Part shown: positions 18,422-27,215 of the stretch, one piece after another | How positions within the stretch are numbered: the first letter of the stretch is position 1 | Layout of the letters: each line of letters opens with the position of its first letter | DNA from: Cryomorpha sp. | GTDB lineage: Bacteria; Bacteroidota; Bacteroidia; Flavobacteriales_D; Cryomorphaceae | Assembly (NCBI GenBank): GCA_965230375.1 | Contig: CBDDKU010000029.1 | Location: 67,926-131,925, forward strand | Direction of reading: 5' to 3' | Length of the DNA stretch: 64,000 nucleotides | Made by a program: the position numbers and the translations under genes | The notes under the pieces: model-generated | The model's database searches: none | Told to the model about the DNA's origin: nothing | The model's input: the letters and a program-made list of their open reading frames with translations, nothing else

Positions 18422-18957
18422 ACGAGAAGGATCGGTATGCAGAAGCCATAAAACTATTCTCTAAAGCCATAGAGATGGACAATACTAATGCAGATTGGTA
18501 TAGTACACGAGCAGTAGCATTCTTTCACCATGATGATCTTCCAGCATCTCTTCAAGATATGAATACGGCTCAATCATTGGAGCCAAAAAACCCTTACCGA
18601 TACTCTAGTAGAGCCTATATTCGCGATGCGATGGGTGATATTCAGGGGGCTATTGAAGATTATCAGATTGCAATAAGTCTTGACCCTGAAGATGCTGTGG
18701 CTCACAACAACCTCGGACTTTTGGAAGAGAAACTTGGACATCAAAGTAAGGCCAAATCTCTTTTCGCACTAGCAGACAAATTGGCCGAAGATGACCCGAA
18801 CTTCAACGTGAGCCTTGAAAAACCACGCAATATTCAGAAAGAAGCGGAAGAAGAAAGACAGTCTCAATCCCTTTCTGGTGAAATGATGAAGGTGTTCAAA
18901 TCGCGAAAAGCCTTCAAAGAATTCCTTAGCTTTATCGGCAAAGGATTCAAAGCATGA
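18379..18957 (+). CDS. TPR repeat protein
   Basis: 192 aa with three or four TPR units (AEAIKLFSKAIEMDNTNADWY, ASLQDMNTAQSLEPKNPY, GAIEDYQIAISLDPEDAVAHNNLG). Its stop overlaps the next gene's start (ATGA at 18954-18957). Confidence 0.75.
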   Translation: MSDKLNVFQQGKDAYEKDRYAEAIKLFSKAIEMDNTNADWYSTRAVAFFHHDDLPASLQDMNTAQSLEPKNPYRYSSRAYIRDAMGDIQGAIEDYQIAISLDPEDAVAHNNLGLLEEKLGHQSKAKSLFALADKLAEDDPNFNVSLEKPRNIQKEAEEERQSQSLSGEMMKVFKSRKAFKEFLSFIGKGFKA

Positions 18958-21659
18958 GCGCTTTCTCAGAAGCCCTATTTGACGAGCTCGAAAACTTAAA
19001 AATTCCATTCCAAAATATCTGTGTCATTCTCCCTACCCAACGTTCAGGTTTGGAGTTGAAACGAACCATTGCCCGGAGAACGGAACATACCAGCTGGACA
19101 CCAGAGATTACAACGATCAATCAATGGGCTGGGAAAATAAGCGGGCTCCAATCGGCCAATCATATTGAGTTGGCCGGTGCATTTTACAAGGCCTACCAAA
19201 AGGTGATGGGTGCGCATGCACAATCACTAGACGCGGTGGTTGGCTGGTGCGACACATTAATCAAAGATTTTAATACCATCGATAGTCATGGTCTCAAAAA
19301 CGCAGATGTTTTCAAAGACCTGGTGGCGTATACCGATATAGAGCATTTTAGCTTTCTAGATGAGCCCTTGAGCGAGTCCCAATCAAAATACAGGTCATTT
19401 TGGATGAGCTTGAAGGAAATACATGACATCTTCAAGGAAGACTTAAAATCAAAAAAACTTGGATATAGCGGTTTGATTGTCTCTTCTTGCTTGGAAAAGT
19501 TGGATAGTGTCATTGCTTCTAGCTCCACCTTTTACGTATTTGCAGGACTGAACGCCTTGAGTGGGTGCGAACAGGAAATCATTAAACGGCTTGTCAAGGA
19601 AAACCGGGCGCTGTGCCTTTTTGAAGGAGATCCATATTACCTCGATACCAACAATCATCATGCTGGTACGTTTATCCGATCTTACTTAAAGAAGGGGATT
19701 GGAAAAGCGTTGACGCCAAAGAAAGGTCTACTCGAAAAAGAGCTTAAAATCGACGTCTATCAGACTGATTTCAATTTGCAGCAAGCGGCGATTGTAGGAC
19801 ATTTGCTGGAAATCTTACCATCTGATTCACTCAAGAAGACGGCGCTAGTCCTATCAGACGAAAGTTTACTCACCCCCGTTTTGAGCTATATCCCCAAAGA
19901 GATTGAAGCTAATATCACCATGGGGGTATCCATTGCAGATAGTGCAGTTGCCTACTGGATAGAATTGCTTTTTGATTTGGCTAAGAGAACGGCGCTCACG
20001 GACGGAAAAATACTGGTGAAGCTCGATGCCTGGAATGAATTCGTTGACAATCAGGTCACACGCCTTTTGATGCCCTATGTGAGTCAAAATATTCCGCCAA
20101 ATGGATACATGAGCATCGAAACATTGCGAGAGTCGCTTGAAAGCTCTGATTGGGAACTGATATTCGATTGGTTGAAAAGTGAAGGCAAGGGAAGAGTTGA
20201 AAGCTTGGCGAAGGTATTTGCTAAACTCGGCGCGCAAGCTGGAAAAGCAGAAAACAAACTTCTTGAAATTCAAATTCGAAAAGTATCTGAAGAGCTGCGC
20301 ATAGGCCTAGCTCAAATGAAAGCTGATGGATTTGACCTTATGGATTTGGATGGTCTGAAGAAGATAGTATTTCAGTGGATACGGAACATTAAAGTCGATC
20401 TTATTGGGTCGCACATCGACCAGTTACAGATCATGGGAATGCTGGAGTCAAGGGGCTTGAGCTTTGAACACGTCATTATCACTTCGGTGAATGAAGGCGT
20501 GTTGCCACCCAAACCCAATTTCGAGAGTTTTATTCCTTATGAAATTCTCAACCACCATCGTTTACCTGGTAAACGCGAACGGGAGTCCGTGTTTTCATAT
20601 TACTTCTACAGACTCATCCAGAATGCGAAAAAGCTGTCGTTAGTATATCATACCAACAGAGAAGGTATTAGCGGTGGAGAAATGAGCCGCTACATATCTC
20701 AGCTACAATACAATTTGAAGGAGTTGAACCCAAATTTGCACATCAAGTGGTTCTCACCGGCTGTATCTGATAACAGTCCGAGTGTAGAAAGTGTGGTAGA
20801 GAAGGACAATGTCATTTTCGATCAAATTAAAAGACACATTGAAGAGAGGCTGTCTGCATCTTCGATTAATCGATTTCATGAAGACCCGCTTGAATGGTAC
20901 TACACTTCAGTGATGAAACTTGATGAGCCAAAAATTGCTGAAGTATCAAATGCTACGTATGGATCTGTAGTTCACGATGCGCTTGAAGAGCTGTATAAAC
21001 CATTGGTGAAAGAAAAAGTAACGCATGAGCACTTGATAAAGCTGAAGTTGAGAATTGGGGATGAATTGGATAATGCAATAGTCAAGAATGAAGACTGGAT
21101 CGGTTCTCCTTTTGGTCTCAATGCAGTGCTAAGACAAAAAGCTTTCGAGATGATCTCGAAGTTCATCGACTCAGAGATGGACTATGTGCAAACTCAAGGA
21201 GCATTTGACTTCATTGATGCTGAAATCAAGATGCAAGCTCCTTTTGAAGTGCAGTTGAATGATTTAACCATCCGAGCCAATCTCTTTGGAATTGCGGATA
21301 GAGTTGAAGGACATGAAAATGGTTTGATGGTGATCGATTACAAAACCGGGAATGTATACCCCAAAGATATAAATGGGGAAATAGACCATAAAACTTTATC
21401 AGAGCATCCAAAACTAGCCCAGCTCATGCTATACCAATGGCTAGCCAAAAAGCATTACACTCGAAAAATAAAAGGAGCATCAATCATATCGATGCCGAAG
21501 CCATACGACAGGAGTCTTCTCACCGAGCATAGCATTGAAGATCAAGAGATATGCAAGGCGTACGAATCCTTTTTGACTGAGACGATCCGTGCTATGCTGA
21601 ACACGGCTGAAAAGCTGGAGAAAAGCGAAAGTTTCGAATACGCAAAGTTTGAAAAATAG
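18954..21659 (+). CDS. PD-(D/E)XK nuclease family protein (AddB-like partner of the AddA-like helicase)
   Basis: 901 aa. The N-terminal helicase-like region is degenerate, with no intact Walker A. The C-terminal nuclease motif is GLMVIDYKTG...LAQLMLY. Size and architecture fit the Bacteroidota AddB-like family. Confidence 0.75.
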   Translation: MSAFSEALFDELENLKIPFQNICVILPTQRSGLELKRTIARRTEHTSWTPEITTINQWAGKISGLQSANHIELAGAFYKAYQKVMGAHAQSLDAVVGWCDTLIKDFNTIDSHGLKNADVFKDLVAYTDIEHFSFLDEPLSESQSKYRSFWMSLKEIHDIFKEDLKSKKLGYSGLIVSSCLEKLDSVIASSSTFYVFAGLNALSGCEQEIIKRLVKENRALCLFEGDPYYLDTNNHHAGTFIRSYLKKGIGKALTPKKGLLEKELKIDVYQTDFNLQQAAIVGHLLEILPSDSLKKTALVLSDESLLTPVLSYIPKEIEANITMGVSIADSAVAYWIELLFDLAKRTALTDGKILVKLDAWNEFVDNQVTRLLMPYVSQNIPPNGYMSIETLRESLESSDWELIFDWLKSEGKGRVESLAKVFAKLGAQAGKAENKLLEIQIRKVSEELRIGLAQMKADGFDLMDLDGLKKIVFQWIRNIKVDLIGSHIDQLQIMGMLESRGLSFEHVIITSVNEGVLPPKPNFESFIPYEILNHHRLPGKRERESVFSYYFYRLIQNAKKLSLVYHTNREGISGGEMSRYISQLQYNLKELNPNLHIKWFSPAVSDNSPSVESVVEKDNVIFDQIKRHIEERLSASSINRFHEDPLEWYYTSVMKLDEPKIAEVSNATYGSVVHDALEELYKPLVKEKVTHEHLIKLKLRIGDELDNAIVKNEDWIGSPFGLNAVLRQKAFEMISKFIDSEMDYVQTQGAFDFIDAEIKMQAPFEVQLNDLTIRANLFGIADRVEGHENGLMVIDYKTGNVYPKDINGEIDHKTLSEHPKLAQLMLYQWLAKKHYTRKIKGASIISMPKPYDRSLLTEHSIEDQEICKAYESFLTETIRAMLNTAEKLEKSESFEYAKFEK

Positions 21660-21663
21660 AAAA

Positions 21664-21687
21664 GCGCCCGGAACGAATTCGGGGCGC
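21664..21687. terminator. Possible bidirectional hairpin terminator
   Basis: The stem is GCGCCC (21664-21669) and GGGCGC (21682-21687), 5 nt after the AddB-like stop. The A-rich run upstream becomes a T-run on the minus strand. There is no T-run on the plus strand. Confidence 0.4.
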
Positions 21688-21847
21688 CTTAAAACCTGCA
21701 AGGAAAAATTTGAAACCACCTATAAGACGGGACATAATTCCATGGTTGCCTTTAATCCTGAAAAAAACGCGTTAAATGGCTCTTTTTTCCCGACAAACCT
21801 TTTCATCAACCCAGAAAAACCCCTATAACAAACTGGTTTAATGCGGA

Positions 21848-22576
21848 TTACGTCTTATGGGACGGATCACTAAATTTATACCCAACCCCTCGAATTGATT
21901 GAAAAAAAACCGGTTCTCGGGAATTTTTTTCAAAATATTTACGAAAAGAGAGTATGTAATTGTCGATAGTTCGGGTGGATGGATACACGTCATACCCCCA
22001 AACCGTTTCCAGAATTTCTTCACGCGAAACTACCTGGCCTTCTTTCTCAATTAAAAATTTTAGAAGTTTTATCTCTCGTTTGGACAGCGTGATCCACTCT
22101 CCTGAAACACCTCGAATTTCAAAAGTGTCAAATCGAACTTCATTTCCTCCGAAGGCATATGACTTCAAATCTGAGTCCTCGCCTTTAGCCATTCCATGAA
22201 TCCGTATTAGATTTGATATTCTCAGCAGAAGCTCCTCCAAATTGAATGGTTTCACCAGATAGTCGTCTCCACCACTCTTTAGGCCTTCCACCCTATCGCT
22301 GCTCGACGACTTAGCACTCAGAAAAAGAATGGGAATCCCCACATTTTCCATCCGCAAAGTCCGGCACACGGTTATCCCATCTATTTTGGGCAGCATAATA
22401 TCGAGTATGCAGAGATCAAATCTCGCGCCTAAGGCAGTTTTAATAGCTTCGTCACCATCGCGGGCTATGGTCACATCATAACCTTCCAGTCGGAAATTCA
22501 GAGCTATCACTTCGATCAAGCTTTCTTCGTCTTCGACGAGTAGGATTCTTTTTTTCTTTTCTGCCAAAGCATTCAA
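21848..22576 (-). CDS. OmpR-family response regulator (receiver + winged-helix DNA-binding domain)
   Basis: 242 aa. Features: RILLVEDEESL, DLCILDIMLPKIDG, DDYLVKPF, and a C-terminal TIDNYILSFRKYF...IRGVGYKF. The start is a TTG. No histidine kinase gene is adjacent. Confidence 0.9.
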   Translation of the reverse strand: MNALAEKKKRILLVEDEESLIEVIALNFRLEGYDVTIARDGDEAIKTALGARFDLCILDIMLPKIDGITVCRTLRMENVGIPILFLSAKSSSSDRVEGLKSGGDDYLVKPFNLEELLLRISNLIRIHGMAKGEDSDLKSYAFGGNEVRFDTFEIRGVSGEWITLSKREIKLLKFLIEKEGQVVSREEILETVWGYDVYPSTRTIDNYILSFRKYFEKNSREPVFFQSIRGVGYKFSDPSHKT

Positions 22577-22618
22577 TTTTTGTCAAATCTACAACCTAGC
22601 GATAAATTGACAGTGAAT

Positions 22619-23071
22619 ATGAGCCTTATGGTATCTTTGATAAAAATTTGCCAGGTGAATAGAAGCTTAGAAGAAGTGAAAGCGTTTTGCCAGAACACCT
22701 TAATCGAAACGCTGAATATTTCCTTTGAAGAAATAACGAAAGATAGAATAGTAGCGCGAATGCCAGTCACAGCAAAGGTTCATCAGCCAATTGGGCTTCT
22801 TCACGGCGGGGCTACACTTGCTCTCGCAGAATCTATCGGAAGCCTTGGGAGTCACCTGCTAGTCGAAAAAGACAATAAAGCAGCGGTAGGGCTTGAAATT
22901 AATGCGAACCACATTAAGAGCACTAGAGATGGCGAAGTAGTAGGAACCGGTACGTTAATACACCGCGGGAGGACCACACACGTTTGGGAGATTCGAATTG
23001 AAACTTCCGAGGGTAAATTGATCAGCATCTGCCGAATGACCAATATGATTGTCGATCTGCCAAATGGATAA
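22619..23071 (+). CDS. menI: 1,4-dihydroxy-2-naphthoyl-CoA hydrolase (hotdog fold, YdiI/MenI-like)
   Basis: QPIGLLHGGATLALAESIGS, VGLEINANH and HVWEIRI...G.L align by eye with E. coli YdiI (QPFGLLHGGASVVLAESIGS, VGLEINANH, QVWQIEI). The gene heads the men cluster. The ORF track starts it at 22580, 4 nt from the regulator start. I prefer the ATG at 22619 or 22628. Confidence 0.75.
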   Translation: MSLMVSLIKICQVNRSLEEVKAFCQNTLIETLNISFEEITKDRIVARMPVTAKVHQPIGLLHGGATLALAESIGSLGSHLLVEKDNKAAVGLEINANHIKSTRDGEVVGTGTLIHRGRTTHVWEIRIETSEGKLISICRMTNMIVDLPNG

Positions 23072-24056
23072 AGTGCTTTCTACAAAGAATTCCTTGTCAC
23101 CTTTTGCCTGGTGTCGGCTTCCCAACTCCGATGAAATATATCGGTTCGAATCATGCGGGACTGATAAACCATCAACTCACCCTTATTTTGTAGTAAAACC
23201 ATGGGGTAGCGATGACGTAGTATACTATAGCGTTTCGAAGAAAGAAGGTGAAACATCATTGAGTGTTGAAGAAACCGGAAGTAGTTTCAAAGAATACGCT
23301 GGAACATTCTCAGAATTTGTTAACCTGTTTCATCAGAATAAGCTGAAAAAAGCCATTCTCTCGAAGATCAAAACCGTGGAACTGAATGGAGATTTTGACT
23401 TAACTGAAGTTTTTCAGAATCTGAATAAAATACGCAAGGACAGTTTTAACTATACTCTACTTCATCCTTCGCACGGATGTTGGGTAGGTGCCAGCCCCGA
23501 AATTTTGCTAGAGCATAGAAATGGAATACTGAAAACAGTAAGTCTTGCAGGTACGCAGCCAGTTTCTGATGCCCCTTACACTTGGGGCGACAAAGAAATT
23601 GATGAACAAGAATTGGTCAGCCAACATATCCGAGCAACTTTAAATAAATTGGGTACTGAAGAATTCGCCGAATCAAGTCCTGAAACAATTGAAGCGGGAA
23701 ACGTAGCCCACATCAAGACCACATTTACATTTCCAATAGGACAGTTGACTCTGGATACCATTCTATCTGAACTTCATCCTACCCCGGCCATTGCTGGTCT
23801 ACCTGTTGGAAAATCAATCGAAGTGATTAACCAATACGAAAACCACGATCGGGGATTGTATACAGGTTACGTTGGACTGGTTAGAGACGATGAAAACGCA
23901 GATTTTTACGTTAATTTGAGGTGTATGCAAATACATCAGAACACGGCTTCCATCTACGTAGGTGGAGGAATCACTCAAGGCTCGGTTCTTCAGGCTGAAT
24001 GGGATGAGACCGAGGCAAAAGCCCAAGCCATGTTTCAGCTATTAAAACATAATTAG
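23049..24056 (+). CDS. menF: Isochorismate synthase (short chorismate-binding enzyme)
   Basis: 335 aa. Features: LHPTPAIAG.P, DRGLYTGYVG, NLRCMQI and YVGGGI, typical of MenF/EntC-type enzymes. The start may be the ATG at 23064. Confidence 0.8.
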   Translation: MSICQMDKVLSTKNSLSPFAWCRLPNSDEIYRFESCGTDKPSTHPYFVVKPWGSDDVVYYSVSKKEGETSLSVEETGSSFKEYAGTFSEFVNLFHQNKLKKAILSKIKTVELNGDFDLTEVFQNLNKIRKDSFNYTLLHPSHGCWVGASPEILLEHRNGILKTVSLAGTQPVSDAPYTWGDKEIDEQELVSQHIRATLNKLGTEEFAESSPETIEAGNVAHIKTTFTFPIGQLTLDTILSELHPTPAIAGLPVGKSIEVINQYENHDRGLYTGYVGLVRDDENADFYVNLRCMQIHQNTASIYVGGGITQGSVLQAEWDETEAKAQAMFQLLKHN

Positions 24057-24063
24057 ATCCAAA

Positions 24064-25767
24064 TTGATCAGCGATAAAGAAGGCATCCAATTATTAGTTT
24101 CCAGATTTAAAGCATTCGGCATTCAAGACATAATCATATGTCCGGGATCGAGAAATGCCCCAATGACCATTTCTTTCCACAGTGACACTTGGTTTAATTG
24201 TCACAGTATCGCAGATGAAAGGTCAGCCGGGTTTTACGCACTGGGCATGATTTTGGCTTTAAAAAAGCCCGTTGCAGTAGTGTGCACAAGTGGTTCGGCA
24301 GTCATTAATATTGGACCGGCAACAGCCGAAGCATTCTATCAGAAGTTACCACTGATTGTCGTTAGTGCAGATCGTCCGCTTGAATGGGTTGACCAGGGAA
24401 ATGGCCAAACCATACGTCAGGAAGGGGTTTTAGCCAATCACATCCGTGAATCTTTCTCTCTCAAATCAGAGCCTGCAAACGACATAGAGCGAAATTGGAA
24501 TATCAGAAAGCTCGATAGCGCACTCCATGTATCAGACGGCCCCGTTCATATCAACGTTCCTTTACGCGAACCGCTTTACAAGCAGGTTTCATCGGAAGAA
24601 CTCCTGGAGTTTCGCACACCCATCCGAAAGTTAGCCACGAGTAAATCCATCGACAAATCGACAAAGGATGAGATCAACAATGTGATTTCAGGACAGAAGA
24701 AGATTCTCGTCTTGATTGGTCAGTTGGCCCCCGATCCGAAGCTATCAGCCATTGTTTCGGAACTAGAAAAGTTTCAAAACACTGCCGTTCTTACAGAAAC
24801 CACAAGTAATATCGGCACCCCTGGCGCAATCAGTACGATCGATCGGATTTTGATGTCATTAAATGATCCTGAAACCCTGTCGGACATCATGCCTGATGTA
24901 CTCATAAGTGCAGGCGGTATGCTTGTTTCAAAGGTGGTAAAAGCAACTCTGCGAGAAGCAAGAGTCAGAAATCACATTCATATTCAAGATAGTTCTGAAC
25001 TGATCGATACGTTCCAAACGCTTACGCACCATATTGATTCGAAACCAGATGTGGGCTTGTCGGTATGTAAGGAGTTTATGGGGGGAACAAATTCGGACTA
25101 TCGCGAAAAGTGGCAGTCTATAAAGCTGACAGCGCAGGATGCCCATGACTCATACGTCGATAACTTACCCTATTCCGATTTCAAAGTGTTTAACGAGGTG
25201 TTGGGCGGGTCAAAGAATTTCGACGTACTTCACCTTGCCAATAGTTCTCCTGTGAGATATGCCCAGTTATTTGGGCATCAATCTGGCGTGGAACAATACG
25301 CCAACCGGGGCACCAGTGGAATTGATGGCTCGACGAGTACTGCTGCAGGCTTTGCCAAAAAGGACCCAAAAAGATCACACTTGATCATAACGGGAGACAT
25401 GTCTTTCTGCTACGACATCAACGCACTCTGGAACCGCGATTTCCCTGAAAACTTGAAGATCCTCGTTATCAATAATGGTGGAGGCGGCATATTTCGAATC
25501 ATCAAAGGACCGGACACGACTGATGCACTCGAGTCCTTTTTTGACGCCTATCATCCTGTGGATATTCAGGCAATCGCCAAAGCGTATGGGTTTGAACATA
25601 TCAAAGCCGATTCTGAGCAAAATTTAAATGAGAAAATTGAACAGTTCAACCGTGAAAGCAAAAAGGTGATCATGGAAGTCTCAACTCCGAAAACGGAGAA
25701 TGCTCCCGTTCTCAAAAATTACTTCAAATTCATTTCCGAAGCTTTGACTAAGCAATATTCGCTTTAG
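24064..25767 (+). CDS. menD: 2-succinyl-5-enolpyruvyl-6-hydroxy-3-cyclohexene-1-carboxylate (SEPHCHC) synthase
   Basis: 567 aa ThDP enzyme with a TTG start. Features: CPGSRNAP, ADERSAGFYALG, CTSGSAV.N..PA..EA, and the GDMSF.YD.NAL ThDP-binding motif. Confidence 0.9.
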   Translation: MISDKEGIQLLVSRFKAFGIQDIIICPGSRNAPMTISFHSDTWFNCHSIADERSAGFYALGMILALKKPVAVVCTSGSAVINIGPATAEAFYQKLPLIVVSADRPLEWVDQGNGQTIRQEGVLANHIRESFSLKSEPANDIERNWNIRKLDSALHVSDGPVHINVPLREPLYKQVSSEELLEFRTPIRKLATSKSIDKSTKDEINNVISGQKKILVLIGQLAPDPKLSAIVSELEKFQNTAVLTETTSNIGTPGAISTIDRILMSLNDPETLSDIMPDVLISAGGMLVSKVVKATLREARVRNHIHIQDSSELIDTFQTLTHHIDSKPDVGLSVCKEFMGGTNSDYREKWQSIKLTAQDAHDSYVDNLPYSDFKVFNEVLGGSKNFDVLHLANSSPVRYAQLFGHQSGVEQYANRGTSGIDGSTSTAAGFAKKDPKRSHLIITGDMSFCYDINALWNRDFPENLKILVINNGGGGIFRIIKGPDTTDALESFFDAYHPVDIQAIAKAYGFEHIKADSEQNLNEKIEQFNRESKKVIMEVSTPKTENAPVLKNYFKFISEALTKQYSL

Positions 25768-26383
25768 ACTTTGAACCTATCCACTCGAGGGCATCGAAAA
25801 CATCGCTGAAGACGCGTGTCGGCGTTTTGGGTCTAAACTGCCTGATGTAGTGATTGGCTGTGGTTCGGTGAGCCGGAGTACTGATCAAAATGGCGTCGGC
25901 AACCGATCTTCGATGGCTTCCATAGGCGAAAATCGCTTGTACTTTTTCGGAGAGAATTGTGCCATATCCCAATTCGATCAAAAAGGGTAAAGGCTGGCTT
26001 TGATGAAGCACGTCCATGTACTTTTCTATATCCACGATATCTCTAACCGTAAAATTGGGCCCCGATAGCAAATAGAGATAATAGAATCCGCGCTCATCTT
26101 TGGAGAATTCGTATCCAGCGCCTTTAATTTTTTTTGGGTAACCCATTGTCTCTAAATATACGTTGAGAACAATCTGGGAATCATTCTGTTCACACAAGAT
26201 TTCACACAATGGATTTTTAATCGATTCTGAAAAGTCAAAACTTTGATAAATTCTCAGAAAATACTGGGGTTTAGGTTCGTGAATTAATTCATTCTTGCGA
26301 AATTTGCCGCATATGACGACCGTAGAAGCATGGTTCAAAGCCTTTCGGTTAAGAACCCTACCACTTTCATTCTCGAGTATCAT
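25748..26383 (-). CDS. Hypothetical protein, possibly a STAS/SpoIIAA-like fold (start uncertain)
   Basis: 211-aa ORF on the opposite strand inside the men cluster. The C-terminal half (PLPFLIELGYGTILSEKVQAIFAYG...VADAILISTPAHRTTANHY...VFSDVFDALEWI) resembles small STAS-like proteins. That is a weak judgement by eye. The ATG at 26146 (132 aa) would avoid overlapping the menA start. Confidence 0.35.
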   Translation of the reverse strand: MILENESGRVLNRKALNHASTVVICGKFRKNELIHEPKPQYFLRIYQSFDFSESIKNPLCEILCEQNDSQIVLNVYLETMGYPKKIKGAGYEFSKDERGFYYLYLLSGPNFTVRDIVDIEKYMDVLHQSQPLPFLIELGYGTILSEKVQAIFAYGSHRRSVADAILISTPAHRTTANHYIRQFRPKTPTRVFSDVFDALEWIGSKSKANIA

Positions 26384-27215
26384 TTTAGGGAGCCTTCTCG
26401 CTCTTTGGAAGGGTAGTTTCTACGTAAACATTCTCTTGGGTGCCCTTGCAACCACCTTGTTTTTGCAGATACTTAGCAATTTGGCAAACGATTACGGAGA
26501 TTACAAAAACGGAGTTGACAACGACTCCAGACGTGGGCCAAAAAGAACCGTTCAGAGTGGAGAGATCTCTCTCAAATCCATGAGAGTGGCTATTGGCATT
26601 TTTGCCGTACTGGCTTTTGTATCTGGACTTTGGCTCCTAATGGAAGCATCAAAGACTGTAGGAATGAAGACTATTTACTTCTTTCTAGGCTTAGGCGTAT
26701 TGGCCATTGTAGCGGCGATAAAGTACACTGTAGGCAAAAAACCTTATGGTTATCAAGGTTTGGGAGATATAGCCGTTTTCATTTTCTTCGGACTTACAGG
26801 TGTTACAGGTACGTATTTTCTTCATACCAATGAAATAAACCTCCATGAAATGCTCCCAGCCGTTTCTATTGGACTGCTGGCTACAGGTGTCTTAAACCTT
26901 AATAACATGAGAGATGAAGAAAATGATCGCAACTCTGGCAAAAACTCACTGGTTGTTCGCATTGGACAGCGAAATGCCAAGATTTACCACACATTGCTAG
27001 TACTCGGAGCTCTCATTTGTGCCATCGTTTTCACTTTGATAGAATATCACTCTCCCTTCCAGTTTCTATTCCTTCTTGCAGCCCCTATGCTCATTCAAAA
27101 CATCAGGGTTGTTGCGCAAAACGAAGCGCCATCAGAGCTTGATGTGGAGCTCAAAAAACTCGCCCTTTCCACATTGTTGTTTGCGGTAACCATGGGATTG
27201 GGGCTAATCTATTGA
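26295..27215 (+). CDS. menA: 1,4-dihydroxy-2-naphthoate polyprenyltransferase
   Basis: 306 aa, UbiA-family membrane protein. Features: WFKAFRLRTLP, NDYGDYKNG.D and a second Asp-rich motif NNMRDEEND. The likely start is the ATG at 26313 (MTTVEAW). Confidence 0.9.
   Translation: MRNLPHMTTVEAWFKAFRLRTLPLSFSSIILGSLLALWKGSFYVNILLGALATTLFLQILSNLANDYGDYKNGVDNDSRRGPKRTVQSGEISLKSMRVAIGIFAVLAFVSGLWLLMEASKTVGMKTIYFFLGLGVLAIVAAIKYTVGKKPYGYQGLGDIAVFIFFGLTGVTGTYFLHTNEINLHEMLPAVSIGLLATGVLNLNNMRDEENDRNSGKNSLVVRIGQRNAKIYHTLLVLGALICAIVFTLIEYHSPFQFLFLLAAPMLIQNIRVVAQNEAPSELDVELKKLALSTLLFAVTMGLGLIY

Noticed and set aside
14053-18953. The block between the AddA-like and AddB-like genes as a mobile element or genomic island.
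   Set aside because: It has no integrase, transposase, tRNA target or flanking direct repeats that I could see. I cannot compute its composition here. It is reported only as a rearrangement or insertion question, not as a mobile element.
21722-21858. 8-bp inverted match, ATAAGACG (21722-21729) with CGTCTTAT (21851-21858), around the response-regulator stop.
   Set aside because: The arms are about 120 nt apart and only 8 bp long, which is expected by chance. One arm lies in coding sequence.
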